IMG/VR virus record: IMGVR_UViG_3300045256_000273
Coordinates: 1 to 57,658 of that record
Source of the DNA: a virus
Lineage: Duplodnaviria; Caudoviricetes
DNA: 57,658 nucleotides
Reading direction: 5' to 3' (one strand)
Position 1 is the stretch's first letter. Each line of letters begins with the position of its first letter. The notes below the pieces were generated by a model. The model was not told the DNA's origin, did no database searches, and saw only the letters and a program-made list of their open reading frames with translations. Of the stretch, positions 9,637 through 18,665 are shown one piece after another. The position numbers and the translations under genes were made by a program.

Positions 9637-10319
9637 TTGAAAACCCCGCCAAACATCTCGTCGAAGTGTTCGCGCTGCCATTTTGTCTCGCCGTCCCACG
9701 CGGCGGCACGCGCGGCGGCACGCGCGGCGTCCCACGCGACGGCCCACGCGGCGGCCCACGCGGCGTCCCACGCGACGGCCCACGCGGCGGCCCGCGCGGC
9801 GTCCCACGCGGCGGCACGCGCGGCGGCACGCGCGGCGGCACGCGCGGCGTCCCACGCGGCGGCACGCGCGGCGTCCCACGCGGCGGCACGCGCGGCGTCC
9901 AGCACGTTCTCAGTAATCCGACCACGCGCGAAATCGCGCGCTGCCTCGACAGCTTTGCGCGGACGATCATCGCCTGGATATTTGCTCTCGTAGATGTGCA
10001 GCACCCGCTCAGCGCAATCCGCCGCGAACAGCCTCAATTCGCGCTCGACGTTCACGGCCTTAATAACGGTCAGCGACGCCGACACCCATTTGTCATTTTG
10101 CGTCTGGACCGCCTCGCCAGTCTCGACCAGACACGCTACCGGCCCCGGCGCGTATTGCAGCGCGTCCCATAGGGTCGGGCTGGCGTGGTAGCCGTACTCG
10201 CAAAGCTTGATATCGGCTTGTCGCCCCGCTGGTATCTTTCGCTCTACACCAATCTGCCAGGGCGGTTCATCACCCGCGCCGGAGCGCATGTCAGCCTGCA
10301 AAAACTTGTAACCCCTCAT
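9633..10319 (-). CDS. phage protein with Imm5-like segment and Ala/Trp tetrapeptide repeats
   Basis: LRLFAADCAERVL..DDRPRKAVEAAR followed by AARA/AAWD repeats. Confidence 0.75.
   Translation of the reverse strand: MRGYKFLQADMRSGAGDEPPWQIGVERKIPAGRQADIKLCEYGYHASPTLWDALQYAPGPVACLVETGEAVQTQNDKWVSASLTVIKAVNVERELRLFAADCAERVLHIYESKYPGDDRPRKAVEAARDFARGRITENVLDAARAAAWDAARAAAWDAARAAARAAARAAAWDAARAAAWAVAWDAAWAAAWAVAWDAARAAARAAAWDGETKWQREHFDEMFGGVFK
9694..9900. repeat. coding 12-bp tandem repeat array
   Basis: units like CGCGGCGGCACG / CGCGGCGTCCCA. Confidence 0.85.
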
Positions 10320-10774
10320 TGCTTCCTCTCTTGCAGCGCATAGCGCGCCGCGTGCCACAGCAGCAGCTCAACCATTCTCGCGGCCCACGCCCTGTCCGGC
10401 GCCGACCACACCGGCAGTCCGTACTTCCACGTCCAGGCCAGCAACGGACTCATTATCTGTCGCGGCGTCAGCGTCGAATGCCGCGTGCCCGCCGCAATGT
10501 CACGCATCTCGCCCTCGACAACGAGCGCGCGCCAACGAATGCGCGAAAGTCGCTCAAGCTCGCGCTCGAACCGCTCGCGGCCCGCGCCGAGGCTCCCGAC
10601 GAGGTCCGCGACGCTCTTGCGCTCAATCGCGACGACATCGCGCAGGTCGAGGTTGCCCGCGCGCACGGAGTAGTCGCCGGTTTTGAGCGTGGCGCGCTCG
10701 CTGCGCAGCTCGCGAAAGCGCAGCGGAAGCTGCTCGCGCGAGTCGACGAGGATTGTGAGGTCAGCGGATTTCAA
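10316..10774 (-). CDS. ERCC4-domain nuclease
   Basis: ILVDSREQ, LKTGDYS and IERKSVADL motifs; probable TTG start. Confidence 0.85.
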   Translation of the reverse strand: MKSADLTILVDSREQLPLRFRELRSERATLKTGDYSVRAGNLDLRDVVAIERKSVADLVGSLGAGRERFERELERLSRIRWRALVVEGEMRDIAAGTRHSTLTPRQIMSPLLAWTWKYGLPVWSAPDRAWAARMVELLLWHAARYALQERKQ

Positions 10775-12444
10775 TCTCGTTGTAGTAAGTTCGCAAGTCT
10801 CGTCCACCGCATCTGCGGCCTTACGCGCTGTATCATCGCCTGCATCGCGCCCTTGCTGCCGACCAGCACGCAGCCTTGTTTCGCCCGCGATATCGCGGTG
10901 TATAGCCACGCGCGGTCCGGCACCATCGCGCCCTGGCTCTCGTGAATCGGAATGACTACCCACTCCCATTCGCTGCCTTGCGCCTTGTGGACCGTCAGCG
11001 CCCAGCCGTGCGCGAGGTTGAGCGCGGCATCGGGTTTGTCCTCGGTGACTAATCGCTCCGGCGTATCGAATCGCACGACGAGATTGCGTCCGTCGCTGCG
11101 CACGACCGTGCCGATGTCACCGTTCATCACGTCAAGGTCGTAGTTGTTCGAGAGCTGAATCACGCGGTCGCCGGGCGCAAATGCCTGTGCGCTCTCCGTG
11201 TTGTTCCGAATGCGCAGTTGCGCGTTGAGATGCTTTGCGCTCAACAGCCCCCGCTCGCGCAATGCCGTGAGCACGACGATGTCGCGGTTGGGGTCCGCCC
11301 CGTACTTCGCGGGCAGCCGTTCGGCCGCAAGCGACACCACGAGGTCCGCAATGCGCATCTCGCTGCCGTCGTTGCCCGGCACTTCCATGAAGAAGAAATC
11401 CTTCGCGGCGGCGTTCGCGATGACTGGCGTGAGTCCCGCTTTTATCTGTGCGCAATTTTTCGCGATGAGTAGGTCCGGGTCGTGCCGCTTGAGCTGCGTC
11501 AGCTCGACGTTCGGCACTGCGCCGTTCTTCGTCAGGTCCGCGAGCACTCGCCCCGGCCCGACGCTCGGCAACTGGTAGATGTCGCCTACAAGAACGAGTC
11601 GGCAATCATCCGCAAGCGCCTCCAGCAAAGCGTTGAACAGCCAGATATCGAGCATCGAGGCTTCATCACACACAACGATGCCGCAGCTGAGGCGATTACT
11701 TGCGTTGCGTCGGAATCTGAATTTGCCAGTGCGCGAATCAATTCCAGCCTCAAGGAGGCGATGCACGGTTCGCGCGGGCTGTCCGGTTGCTTCTTCGAGT
11801 CGCTTTGCGGCTTTACCAGTCGGAGCACAGTACGCGATTTGGACATTGGGATTGGACTCCGCTAACGAGCGCACAAGCGTAGTCTTTCCGGTGCCGGGCG
11901 AGCCCAGCAGACAGAAGATGTTGGCGTGCTGGATGGCCGTAAGCGCCGCCACCTGGTCCTCGGCCAGGCCATTGCACAATATCGGTAAATCGCGCGGCGC
12001 TGGACGCGAAAGCATTGCCTTGACAAGAACCGCGGCGCGCTCCTCGGCGTGCAGCGTTTTCGTGCGCGACATCAAGCCATCGCGCTCAGTCACTCGCTCG
12101 TCGAACTCGCACCCACGCAACGCCTCGCCCAGCGCCTCGGTGACGCGCACGCCGAACTCCGCGACGGGAAGCGCGGTATGTCCGTCCTGCTCGGCTTCTG
12201 CGAGGACGTACACTGCGGCGGCAGCTTGGCGCACCGGCGAGCGCCGGTCCATCCCAAAGTGCAGCGCGGCGGCGTCCGCAAGCTTAAACCCGATTCCGGG
12301 AAGCTCCGCGAGCCGGTAAGGATCGTCGCGAAGGACGGACGGAAGCTCGCGCCCGAAACGGACCTCCGCGCGACGCGAGAGAGTTGCACCCCAGCCGGGA
12401 ACGTTCGCTAGCGGCTGAGCCAGAGCTGCCATAGCATCCCGCAC
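10771..12444 (-). CDS. RecD2-like SF1 helicase, N-terminally short
   Basis: DPYRLAELPGIGFKLAD HhH, GSPGTGKT, DEASM, GDIYQLPSVGPG, TVHKAQGSE, LYTAISRAK. Confidence 0.9.
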   Translation of the reverse strand: MRDAMAALAQPLANVPGWGATLSRRAEVRFGRELPSVLRDDPYRLAELPGIGFKLADAAALHFGMDRRSPVRQAAAAVYVLAEAEQDGHTALPVAEFGVRVTEALGEALRGCEFDERVTERDGLMSRTKTLHAEERAAVLVKAMLSRPAPRDLPILCNGLAEDQVAALTAIQHANIFCLLGSPGTGKTTLVRSLAESNPNVQIAYCAPTGKAAKRLEEATGQPARTVHRLLEAGIDSRTGKFRFRRNASNRLSCGIVVCDEASMLDIWLFNALLEALADDCRLVLVGDIYQLPSVGPGRVLADLTKNGAVPNVELTQLKRHDPDLLIAKNCAQIKAGLTPVIANAAAKDFFFMEVPGNDGSEMRIADLVVSLAAERLPAKYGADPNRDIVVLTALRERGLLSAKHLNAQLRIRNNTESAQAFAPGDRVIQLSNNYDLDVMNGDIGTVVRSDGRNLVVRFDTPERLVTEDKPDAALNLAHGWALTVHKAQGSEWEWVVIPIHESQGAMVPDRAWLYTAISRAKQGCVLVGSKGAMQAMIQRVRPQMRWTRLANLLQRD

Positions 12445-12656
12445 ACCATCATCGCGGCGACCAGGACCGTTGCGACGCTGACGCCCGGCGGCTGGTTGAT
12501 GTCTCCCCAGTCCGCGTCGTGCAAAGCGTCCGCCTCGCGTTCCCGACCCTCGCGCGCCACCCGCTCAAGCTGCCGATGAATCTCCGCGCGACGTTCCTGC
12601 GCTTCGCGTTCTGCCCGTGCCCGATGCTCCGAGAAGTCGATTACCAAAGCCCTCAT
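12408..12656 (-). CDS. hypothetical protein with C-terminal hydrophobic segment
   Basis: ATGA coupling within the operon. Confidence 0.55.
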   Translation of the reverse strand: MRALVIDFSEHRARAEREAQERRAEIHRQLERVAREGREREADALHDADWGDINQPPGVSVATVLVAAMMVCGMLWQLWLSR

Positions 12657-13309
12657 CCCACCCTCCTTTTCAGCACCTTGTCGTTCTCGTACGCCTCACG
12701 GAAAAGCAGAAATTGTCTGAATGCCAAATCTAAGATTTCCGGCCCGTAGTAGTGCTCGCTGAATGCGCCCGACTCCTTCGCGAACCGATAGAGCCTAAAG
12801 CCTTGCGCAGGCTGCCTTGGATGCGTCTCGTTCCAGAGTTGGCGATAGGCGGCGCCCTGGATCACGTGGTCGAGATAAACCGCGTTCGAGGTCTTCCAGT
12901 CGCCAACGTCGATTATCCCGTCGAATTCGACCATCGCGTCGGGCGTGCCGCCGAACTGGTATTCCTCGCTGACGAGCTGGACCTCCAGCGGCATGAAGAA
13001 TGCCTTGGTGCGGCGGACCTCACGCACGTAGTTCTCGAATCCGTTCCGCGCGGCATTCCGCATCTCGTCGGTGAACTCACGTGGGAACTCGGGCAGCGCA
13101 CGCCCGTGAAGGTCGGCTTCAACGCAGGCGTGAACATGCGTGCCGATGTCGGTCGCGGTGTCGTCGTAAAGCCGCACCGCGCCCTCTTTCCCGCGCTTGA
13201 ACGCCCAGAACAGCAGCGGCCCGGAGTCCTTGAAGCGCGAGATGATCGTGGTCGTCCCCGGCACCGGCGTGCCGTCCGCGAGCTTGTAGCCTTCTTTAGG
13301 GGTCGGCAT
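12653..13309 (-). CDS. PD-(D/E)XK exonuclease-like protein
   Basis: IGTHVH, GGTPD..GDWKTS..Q.AAY motifs. Confidence 0.8.
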   Translation of the reverse strand: MPTPKEGYKLADGTPVPGTTTIISRFKDSGPLLFWAFKRGKEGAVRLYDDTATDIGTHVHACVEADLHGRALPEFPREFTDEMRNAARNGFENYVREVRRTKAFFMPLEVQLVSEEYQFGGTPDAMVEFDGIIDVGDWKTSNAVYLDHVIQGAAYRQLWNETHPRQPAQGFRLYRFAKESGAFSEHYYGPEILDLAFRQFLLFREAYENDKVLKRRVG

Positions 13310-13485
13310 TAGCAACCGCCCTCGCAGAATGTCTCGTCGCACTCCGCGCATTGGAAGTGCGGATGGTTCCCGACGAGGTAAACAAAGAACTGGACGCCGC
13401 CGCATTCGCAGGTAAGAACTTTTGCGAGCGCTTCGTCGCCCGTCTCGCGTGAGGCAACCACAGCCTGTTGCCAAGTCGTAGGCAT
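13309..13485 (-). CDS. small zinc-ribbon protein
   Basis: CECG..CAECDETFC; stop-start overlaps. Confidence 0.55.
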   Translation of the reverse strand: MPTTWQQAVVASRETGDEALAKVLTCECGGVQFFVYLVGNHPHFQCAECDETFCEGGC

Positions 13486-14087
13486 CAGAACGGCACCTTC
13501 TCGTCGTCGGCCTCGTCCGCGCCCACATCCGACCCCGACGCCGCCTGCCCGTTCTTGCGCGCCTGCCACGCCGCGAAGCTCTCGCGATACCGCTTCGCCT
13601 CTTGCGGACTCATCGGCTCGTATCCCGCGAACGCCACCCGCGCATCCGTTATCGGCTTCCCGTCCTTGCGCAGTTTCAGAGTGCCGTCCTTGTTCTTGCG
13701 CTGCTCGTGACGATCCACATCAACCCACCAATAGCTGCCGTCGAGTTCGTCCGGCTGGCAGTCGTGCGGCTCGTCGCCCTCGATGATGCCGGCGCGCGTG
13801 AAAATGATCTTGACGCGCTTCAACGCCTTCTCGCCGAACGACAGCGAATCCGTAATCCAACGACCCGCGAACTTGCCGTCAAGAATGGTCGCTTTGATGC
13901 CCCAGGATTCGTCTCCGGCGTTCGTGTGGCGAACAGCCGGCCGCCCTTCGGCGTCTTTGAGCGGATTGCCCTCGGCGTCGCGCTGGATGTTGTCCACCGC
14001 GAGAACGCACGGATACTTGCCGACCGGAAGCGGCTCGAAATTGTCGTTGTCGGCCACCTTGGAGAAATCAACGCGCGGCATTGGCAT
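13485..14087 (-). CDS. DUF669-like ssDNA-binding protein
   Basis: FEPLPVGKY, GKFAGR motifs and acidic DDEKVPF tail. Confidence 0.75.
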   Translation of the reverse strand: MPMPRVDFSKVADNDNFEPLPVGKYPCVLAVDNIQRDAEGNPLKDAEGRPAVRHTNAGDESWGIKATILDGKFAGRWITDSLSFGEKALKRVKIIFTRAGIIEGDEPHDCQPDELDGSYWWVDVDRHEQRKNKDGTLKLRKDGKPITDARVAFAGYEPMSPQEAKRYRESFAAWQARKNGQAASGSDVGADEADDEKVPF

Positions 14088-15132
14088 AGCTCCTTTCCAG
14101 TACGCCGAGAATCGCGGCCTGCTGCTCCGCCGTCAGTTCCGCGAGCGAGGCGGCTCCATACTTCGCGAGGGCGAGATTTACGCGCTTCGCGGGTACGTCA
14201 TGGACGCGAATGAACGTCTCCAGCGGCAGTTCGTCCGGGTCGATTTTTTCGAGGCCGGCGGCGCGCTGCGCCTCGGCGGCAGCGGGAGCGGGAGCTGGCC
14301 CCGAGCCTTGGGGGGTATCGCTCGGTGCCGTGGGTTCTCCCTGCTCGCCGCCGCCGCTTTGGCGTTCCTCCTCCGCCGCTTCCGTCCCCGCCGCCATCTC
14401 CGCACCGTCCGTCGCGCGAGGCGGGCGCCCGCGGCGCTTGACCTCGTGCTGCGCGCGATGCGCCTGACACAGATAGAACTCGCCAGCCTTCGTCTTGAAC
14501 TTGCCGATGGCGTTCTCGACGCATCCGGTGTGTTGACATTTATCCGTCAATTCGGCTGGCGTCGGCTCCGGCACGACCGGCGACGCCTCGACTACCTTCG
14601 CCGCCGCGATGCGTTCCGCATCGTCCTCGTCGATGACCTCAGTGATTCCGAACGTGAACCGCGCGCACTCCTGGAACGCCTTGGCGAACAAGCGATGCCG
14701 AGGATACTGCTCCCAGTTGGACTTCTCGCCCTGTTTCCCCGCGACCATCCACTCGTCCATCCAGGCGGTGTACTCGCCGGGGACCGCCCAATCCTTGCGG
14801 TACATCTTGACCGTGATCGCGGTCAGAACGCCTTGGTCGTTCAGGATCGGCGTGGCTTCGTAACCGTTGAACATCACATGCCGCGTCGCGATCTTGATCC
14901 AACCGTCAAGCCCGATCGTTACTTCGAGTCGCCCCTTGTTGATGAAGGCGTGGACCTCGCGCGCGAGCGGGTTCAGGTCGTACTTCTTCGCGATGGTGAG
15001 CAACAGCATGAGCTGCGCGTCGCTGGCTGCCCCGTCCTTAAAACAGCGTTGCTTGACGACGCTGACGAGTTGCGGCACGTCCATCTCGTGACGCTTCGCC
15101 AGTTCCGCAAGCAGAGTGCTCTCCGTGCCCAT
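14068..15132 (-). CDS. RecT/Bet-family single-strand annealing protein
   Basis: AKKYDLNPLAREVHAF, IGLDGW, WEQYPRHRLFAKAFQECARFTFG. Confidence 0.85.
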   Translation of the reverse strand: MGTESTLLAELAKRHEMDVPQLVSVVKQRCFKDGAASDAQLMLLLTIAKKYDLNPLAREVHAFINKGRLEVTIGLDGWIKIATRHVMFNGYEATPILNDQGVLTAITVKMYRKDWAVPGEYTAWMDEWMVAGKQGEKSNWEQYPRHRLFAKAFQECARFTFGITEVIDEDDAERIAAAKVVEASPVVPEPTPAELTDKCQHTGCVENAIGKFKTKAGEFYLCQAHRAQHEVKRRGRPPRATDGAEMAAGTEAAEEERQSGGGEQGEPTAPSDTPQGSGPAPAPAAAEAQRAAGLEKIDPDELPLETFIRVHDVPAKRVNLALAKYGAASLAELTAEQQAAILGVLERSYANAAR

Positions 15133-15150
15133 TTCGACCCTCCGATTGAC

Positions 15151-15348
15151 CTAGTTTCGTAAATCCCCGTGCGCGGCGTCTTCGTGCGCCTCCAGACACT
15201 CGCGACAGAGCGGCCCGAGCGCGCCGACGCCGCCAAGACCGTCTTTGTGCGGCCGCTCGCACCAGAACTTCATGCCTATCGCGTCGTGCGCGCCGATGCA
15301 GCGCCAGGTCGCATCCCGTTCTTGAGCCGCCATCACCACTGGCTTCAT
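15151..15348 (-). CDS. small Cys-containing hypothetical protein
   Basis: ATGA coupling, AGGAGG SD. Confidence 0.5.
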   Translation of the reverse strand: MKPVVMAAQERDATWRCIGAHDAIGMKFWCERPHKDGLGGVGALGPLCRECLEAHEDAAHGDLRN

Positions 15349-15794
15349 TTCGCGACCTCCTCGCCGAGCACGCGCAGCAGAGCCAGCCGCTTCATTATTT
15401 CGTCGAATGGCTCCATCAACGGATGCACAAAGATGCCCTTCTCGTAATCCTTCGTAAGCAGCACGCAAGGCGCGCTGCGCTCGGGCGCGCGATTCTCCTC
15501 GATTGCCTCGATCGAATCGGCGCGGAACATCGCGCGGCGGCTACCGCTGAAATGCGAGATCGTGGCGTGCATCCAAACCCCGGGCAGCTTTCCGGCAAAC
15601 TCCTCGTACTTGTCGAGGACGACCCTCGGTCGAATGCTGCGCCCGCCTCCCTGTTCGTGGCTCTGCACACCCAGAACCGCGCCGCCCCGCCGCCCGGCAA
15701 TCCCCTCGATCACGTTACAGATGTCCTCTACCCGAATCGCAACCCGATGATCCGTTTCGTGCCCCAACTCCGTCACCGTCAGCCAACCCATCAC
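15345..15794 (-). CDS. hypothetical protein
   Basis: GGAGG SD; first gene of the recombination operon. Confidence 0.65.
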   Translation of the reverse strand: MMGWLTVTELGHETDHRVAIRVEDICNVIEGIAGRRGGAVLGVQSHEQGGGRSIRPRVVLDKYEEFAGKLPGVWMHATISHFSGSRRAMFRADSIEAIEENRAPERSAPCVLLTKDYEKGIFVHPLMEPFDEIMKRLALLRVLGEEVAK

Positions 15795-15937
15795 GCCCTC
15801 CGCCTTCGGCTAAATTTAAGCTAGATTTCGGCCTGCCGCACACGACCGTTTTTACACTTTTCCGTCAACCATTATCGACAAAACGCCCGCGAAACCTACG
15901 AAATCCGCAGTAGAAACCTTTGCGAAACCGCGCCGGA

Positions 15938-15980
15938 CAGAATTAGGAATCCTGTGCTCTATCCGCTGAGCTAAGGGGGC
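15938..15980 (-). other. attP-like core: 5' half of tRNA-Arg(CCT)
   Basis: GCCCCCTTAGCTCAGCGGATAGAGCA-CAGGA-TTCCTAA-TTCTG gives D-arm and anticodon arm but no T-arm; about 60 bp past the integrase stop; GCGAAACC repeats at 15889 and 15922. Confidence 0.8.
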
Positions 15981-16043
15981 GACCCTTGATTTTACTGGAT
16001 TTTTGTGGTGCGCGGGATTTTTCACGCTCAATTTCGGCCAGAT

Positions 16044-17150
16044 TTAAGCGCGTCGCGCGTCTCGCGCCATGTCATTGCCGCGCTCCGTTGTTGTTATCGT
16101 GGTCGCGACCTTTCTTTCGTCCGGCAGCTCCGCCAGCCCCGCAAACGTCCGCTCGAATCCCCGCCGCAAGTCCTCCAGGTTCACGATCCGATACCGCGCC
16201 AGCATCGACATTGATTTATGCCCGCTCGCCCGCATCGCCAGCATCGGGTCAACCCCCTGGTTGATCATGTTGCGAACGCCGCTGCGCCGCAAACAATGGA
16301 GCACATGACCTTTGAAACCCGCAGCCTCGCAAGCGCGCCGCCATGCGACCCGCAAAGGTGCCTTACCGCCGCGCAGCCGAAAGGGCTCCCCGTCGCGATG
16401 GAACACAAACGGACAGTCGAGTCGCCGACGCATCTTCGCGCGCTCGATGACCTCCGCGAGCGGCCCGACGAGCGGGATGCGATGCGGGTCGCCCGTCTTG
16501 GTAGTCTCGCCCCGCGCCGTCACCACGCCCTCGCGCAGATTCACGTCGCGCCACTCCAACGCCGCAACCTGGCCCTCGCGCCAGCTCGACAGATACATGA
16601 ACGTCACAATGTCGCGCATGTCCTCGGGCAGTCCGTCACGGACCGAGAAAAAATCAGCCTGATTCAAGAAGTCCTGCCGGACGCGCAACGTCTTCGGAGG
16701 GAACAGCTTGACCTCGGGCTGGCGGGTCAGCCGGCATAGCCTGTACATCTGGCGCAACACGGCGAGCTCTTGGTTGATCGTCGCCCGCGCCGCATCCTCT
16801 TTCAGCCGCGCTTCTTTGTAGCGCTCCACCATGCCCGTCGTGACATCGACCAGACGCATTTTCGCGAACGCCCGCGCCAGATGCCGCGCTCGCTGGTCGA
16901 GATCCGTCGAGCGCAGATTGTGGTCGCGCCGGTGCGCGCGAATGCGCTCGATGCCGTCCTCGAACTTTACGCGGTCTTCGTCCGGCGTGTAGCCCGTCGC
17001 AGTCTTGCGAAGCTCCGCCGCGAGAATCCGGCGCGCAACCGCCTCGCTCGTCTGATGCGTGCTGCGACGGAACACGCGGCCGTTCAGCGAATAGCCGACG
17101 TAATAGATGCCCTTCGGCCCGACGCGAAACACTCTACCGGTCCCAGCCAT
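16044..17150 (-). CDS. int: tyrosine integrase
   Basis: ATINQEL, SSWREGQV (Arg), TKTG, HCLRRS, SGHKSMSMLARY. Confidence 0.92.
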   Translation of the reverse strand: MAGTGRVFRVGPKGIYYVGYSLNGRVFRRSTHQTSEAVARRILAAELRKTATGYTPDEDRVKFEDGIERIRAHRRDHNLRSTDLDQRARHLARAFAKMRLVDVTTGMVERYKEARLKEDAARATINQELAVLRQMYRLCRLTRQPEVKLFPPKTLRVRQDFLNQADFFSVRDGLPEDMRDIVTFMYLSSWREGQVAALEWRDVNLREGVVTARGETTKTGDPHRIPLVGPLAEVIERAKMRRRLDCPFVFHRDGEPFRLRGGKAPLRVAWRRACEAAGFKGHVLHCLRRSGVRNMINQGVDPMLAMRASGHKSMSMLARYRIVNLEDLRRGFERTFAGLAELPDERKVATTITTTERGNDMARDARRA

Positions 17151-17163
17151 GACGTTGACCTCC

Positions 17164-17559
17164 TTATGCCAGCCTGAGCTTAGGCAATACTCGCGTCTTG
17201 CGGTCGCCAACGCTGCGCTGCCGCTCCTCCTCGGCGATCCACTTGTCCAGCCCGGCCTCCGACGCCATCCAGCGCCCGCCAACCTTCGTGATGAAAGAGA
17301 ACTCGTCGCGATGCGCAATCAGCGTGCGCGGCGAGAGTCCGCCCATCCGCAATGCGGCCTCGTCAATAGGGATCAGCCGCTCGCCGCCCGTCGCGCGCTT
17401 GCGGCCCGCGCGGTCGGAAAGCAGCGCAAAACGCCCCAGCAGCGGCAGGATAATCGCATTCAGCAGCAACCACAACGCATCGCGCGTATCCTCTAGGTTC
17501 ATGTCCTGAATTGCGGCCGGATTCTGCATGATTGAGGAGGCCAAGTTAGCGAGCGTCAT
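17164..17559 (-). CDS. excisionase/winged-helix-like DNA-binding protein
   Basis: LIPIDEAALRMGGLSPRTL..KVGGRW; directly upstream of int. Confidence 0.6.
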   Translation of the reverse strand: MTLANLASSIMQNPAAIQDMNLEDTRDALWLLLNAIILPLLGRFALLSDRAGRKRATGGERLIPIDEAALRMGGLSPRTLIAHRDEFSFITKVGGRWMASEAGLDKWIAEEERQRSVGDRKTRVLPKLRLA

Positions 17560-17735
17560 GTTCCTTCCCCCCGGAACTCTGCAAAGTGTGCCTCAGCGAC
17601 GATTAGCGCAACTGACTTAAAACTGTCAAACGATTTCCGATATTCGTAAACCAATTTTTGTTAACAAGTTCTTGACTCACCCTTTGTATGTTGCAATCCT
17701 GCAACACGGGAACTGGCGGAAAGGGGGTATCCGCC

Positions 17736-18389
17736 ATGAAACGGCGATACGCAAAACCGACGCTTCAAAGCCTGCTTCGCGCCTACGGCCTTTCGATCGA
17801 TGAGCTTCCGATCGACCCGCCGTACTTGAACGCAGATCGCACTGGATTGGAGCTCCCGGAGCGACTGCGAGAGAAAACGATTCGCCAGATCGCGGCAGCC
17901 GCCATCTGGAACGATTCTGGCGGCTTCTCGGTCGGCGACATACATGAATGGGTCAAGCGGCACGAAAGTTCCGGCTCTCCGCTGAAATTCGAGCAGCTTC
18001 GCGAAATGTGGTACGAGGCCGGCTACAAGCGCCAGACCCTCTATAACTACTGCACCGCGTCGCGGAACTTCCCGCTCGGACATCGCATCGCCGGACTCTC
18101 GATGTGGTGCCACTATGCCGTGCTCGTGTTGAACCCGACGCTGCGCGAGCAAGTGCTGTCGCGAGCTAAGCGAGAGGGCTGGAGCCTGTCGCAAGTCTCC
18201 GCTGAACGGCGTAGGTTGCGTGGCGCCCCGGAAGATGCTGGCGTCGCTGCGGCAGTCCGGTTCGAGGGTGCCGTCGCCGACGTCCGGCGTGCGCGTTCGT
18301 TCTCGGCCGACCAGGCCGCCTCGCTGCGCAGCGGCGCAATCGAGGTTCTGAAGCTTGTGAAGAGACACCCCCCGAAACATCGCTCCTAA
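17736..18389 (+). CDS. LmbU-like transcriptional regulator, candidate repressor
   Basis: RQTLYNYCTASRNFPLGHR..LSMWCHYAV..REGWS resembles the LmbU core; divergent from xis/int. Confidence 0.55.
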   Translation: MKRRYAKPTLQSLLRAYGLSIDELPIDPPYLNADRTGLELPERLREKTIRQIAAAAIWNDSGGFSVGDIHEWVKRHESSGSPLKFEQLREMWYEAGYKRQTLYNYCTASRNFPLGHRIAGLSMWCHYAVLVLNPTLREQVLSRAKREGWSLSQVSAERRRLRGAPEDAGVAAAVRFEGAVADVRRARSFSADQAASLRSGAIEVLKLVKRHPPKHRS

Positions 18390-18485
18390 ACCACCGTCCC
18401 CTCCGGGGGTATCTTTACTAAAATTCGTCGAGGTCTGTCAAGTGCCCTGTTTACAGATTTTGGTTTACAGTTTACAATCGTCGAT

Positions 18486-18665
18486 ATGGCGACGATTTCG
18501 ATTTCGCGGCGCCGCACCAACGAGAAATGTGCGCGGCGCACCTCGAGCGCGCTTATCCGTGTGACGATAGAGACGCACAAACGCTTGCTTGAATTGAAAC
18601 GCCGAACCCGCCGCTCGATGGCGGAGATCGTCGAGAAAGCGGTGTCGGCGGTTCGGGTGCGCTAG
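18486..18665 (+). CDS. 59-aa ribbon-helix-helix-like protein (not in ORF track)
   Basis: LIRVTIETHKRLLELKRRTRRSMAEIVEKAV; GTTTACA repeats upstream. Confidence 0.65.
   Translation: MATISISRRRTNEKCARRTSSALIRVTIETHKRLLELKRRTRRSMAEIVEKAVSAVRVR

Noticed and set aside
9694-9900. CRISPR-like array
   Set aside because: Contiguous 12-bp in-frame coding units without unique spacers; no cas genes in the window
13783-15162. long antisense ORFs (also 43828-45165, 49728-50861, 51773-52984, 31294-32469)
   Set aside because: Shadows of well-supported minus-strand genes in high-GC DNA; no recognisable motifs
15900-15980. complete tRNA-Arg gene
   Set aside because: No T-arm (GGTTCGA) and no 3' acceptor strand follow the anticodon arm; it is only a 5' fragment
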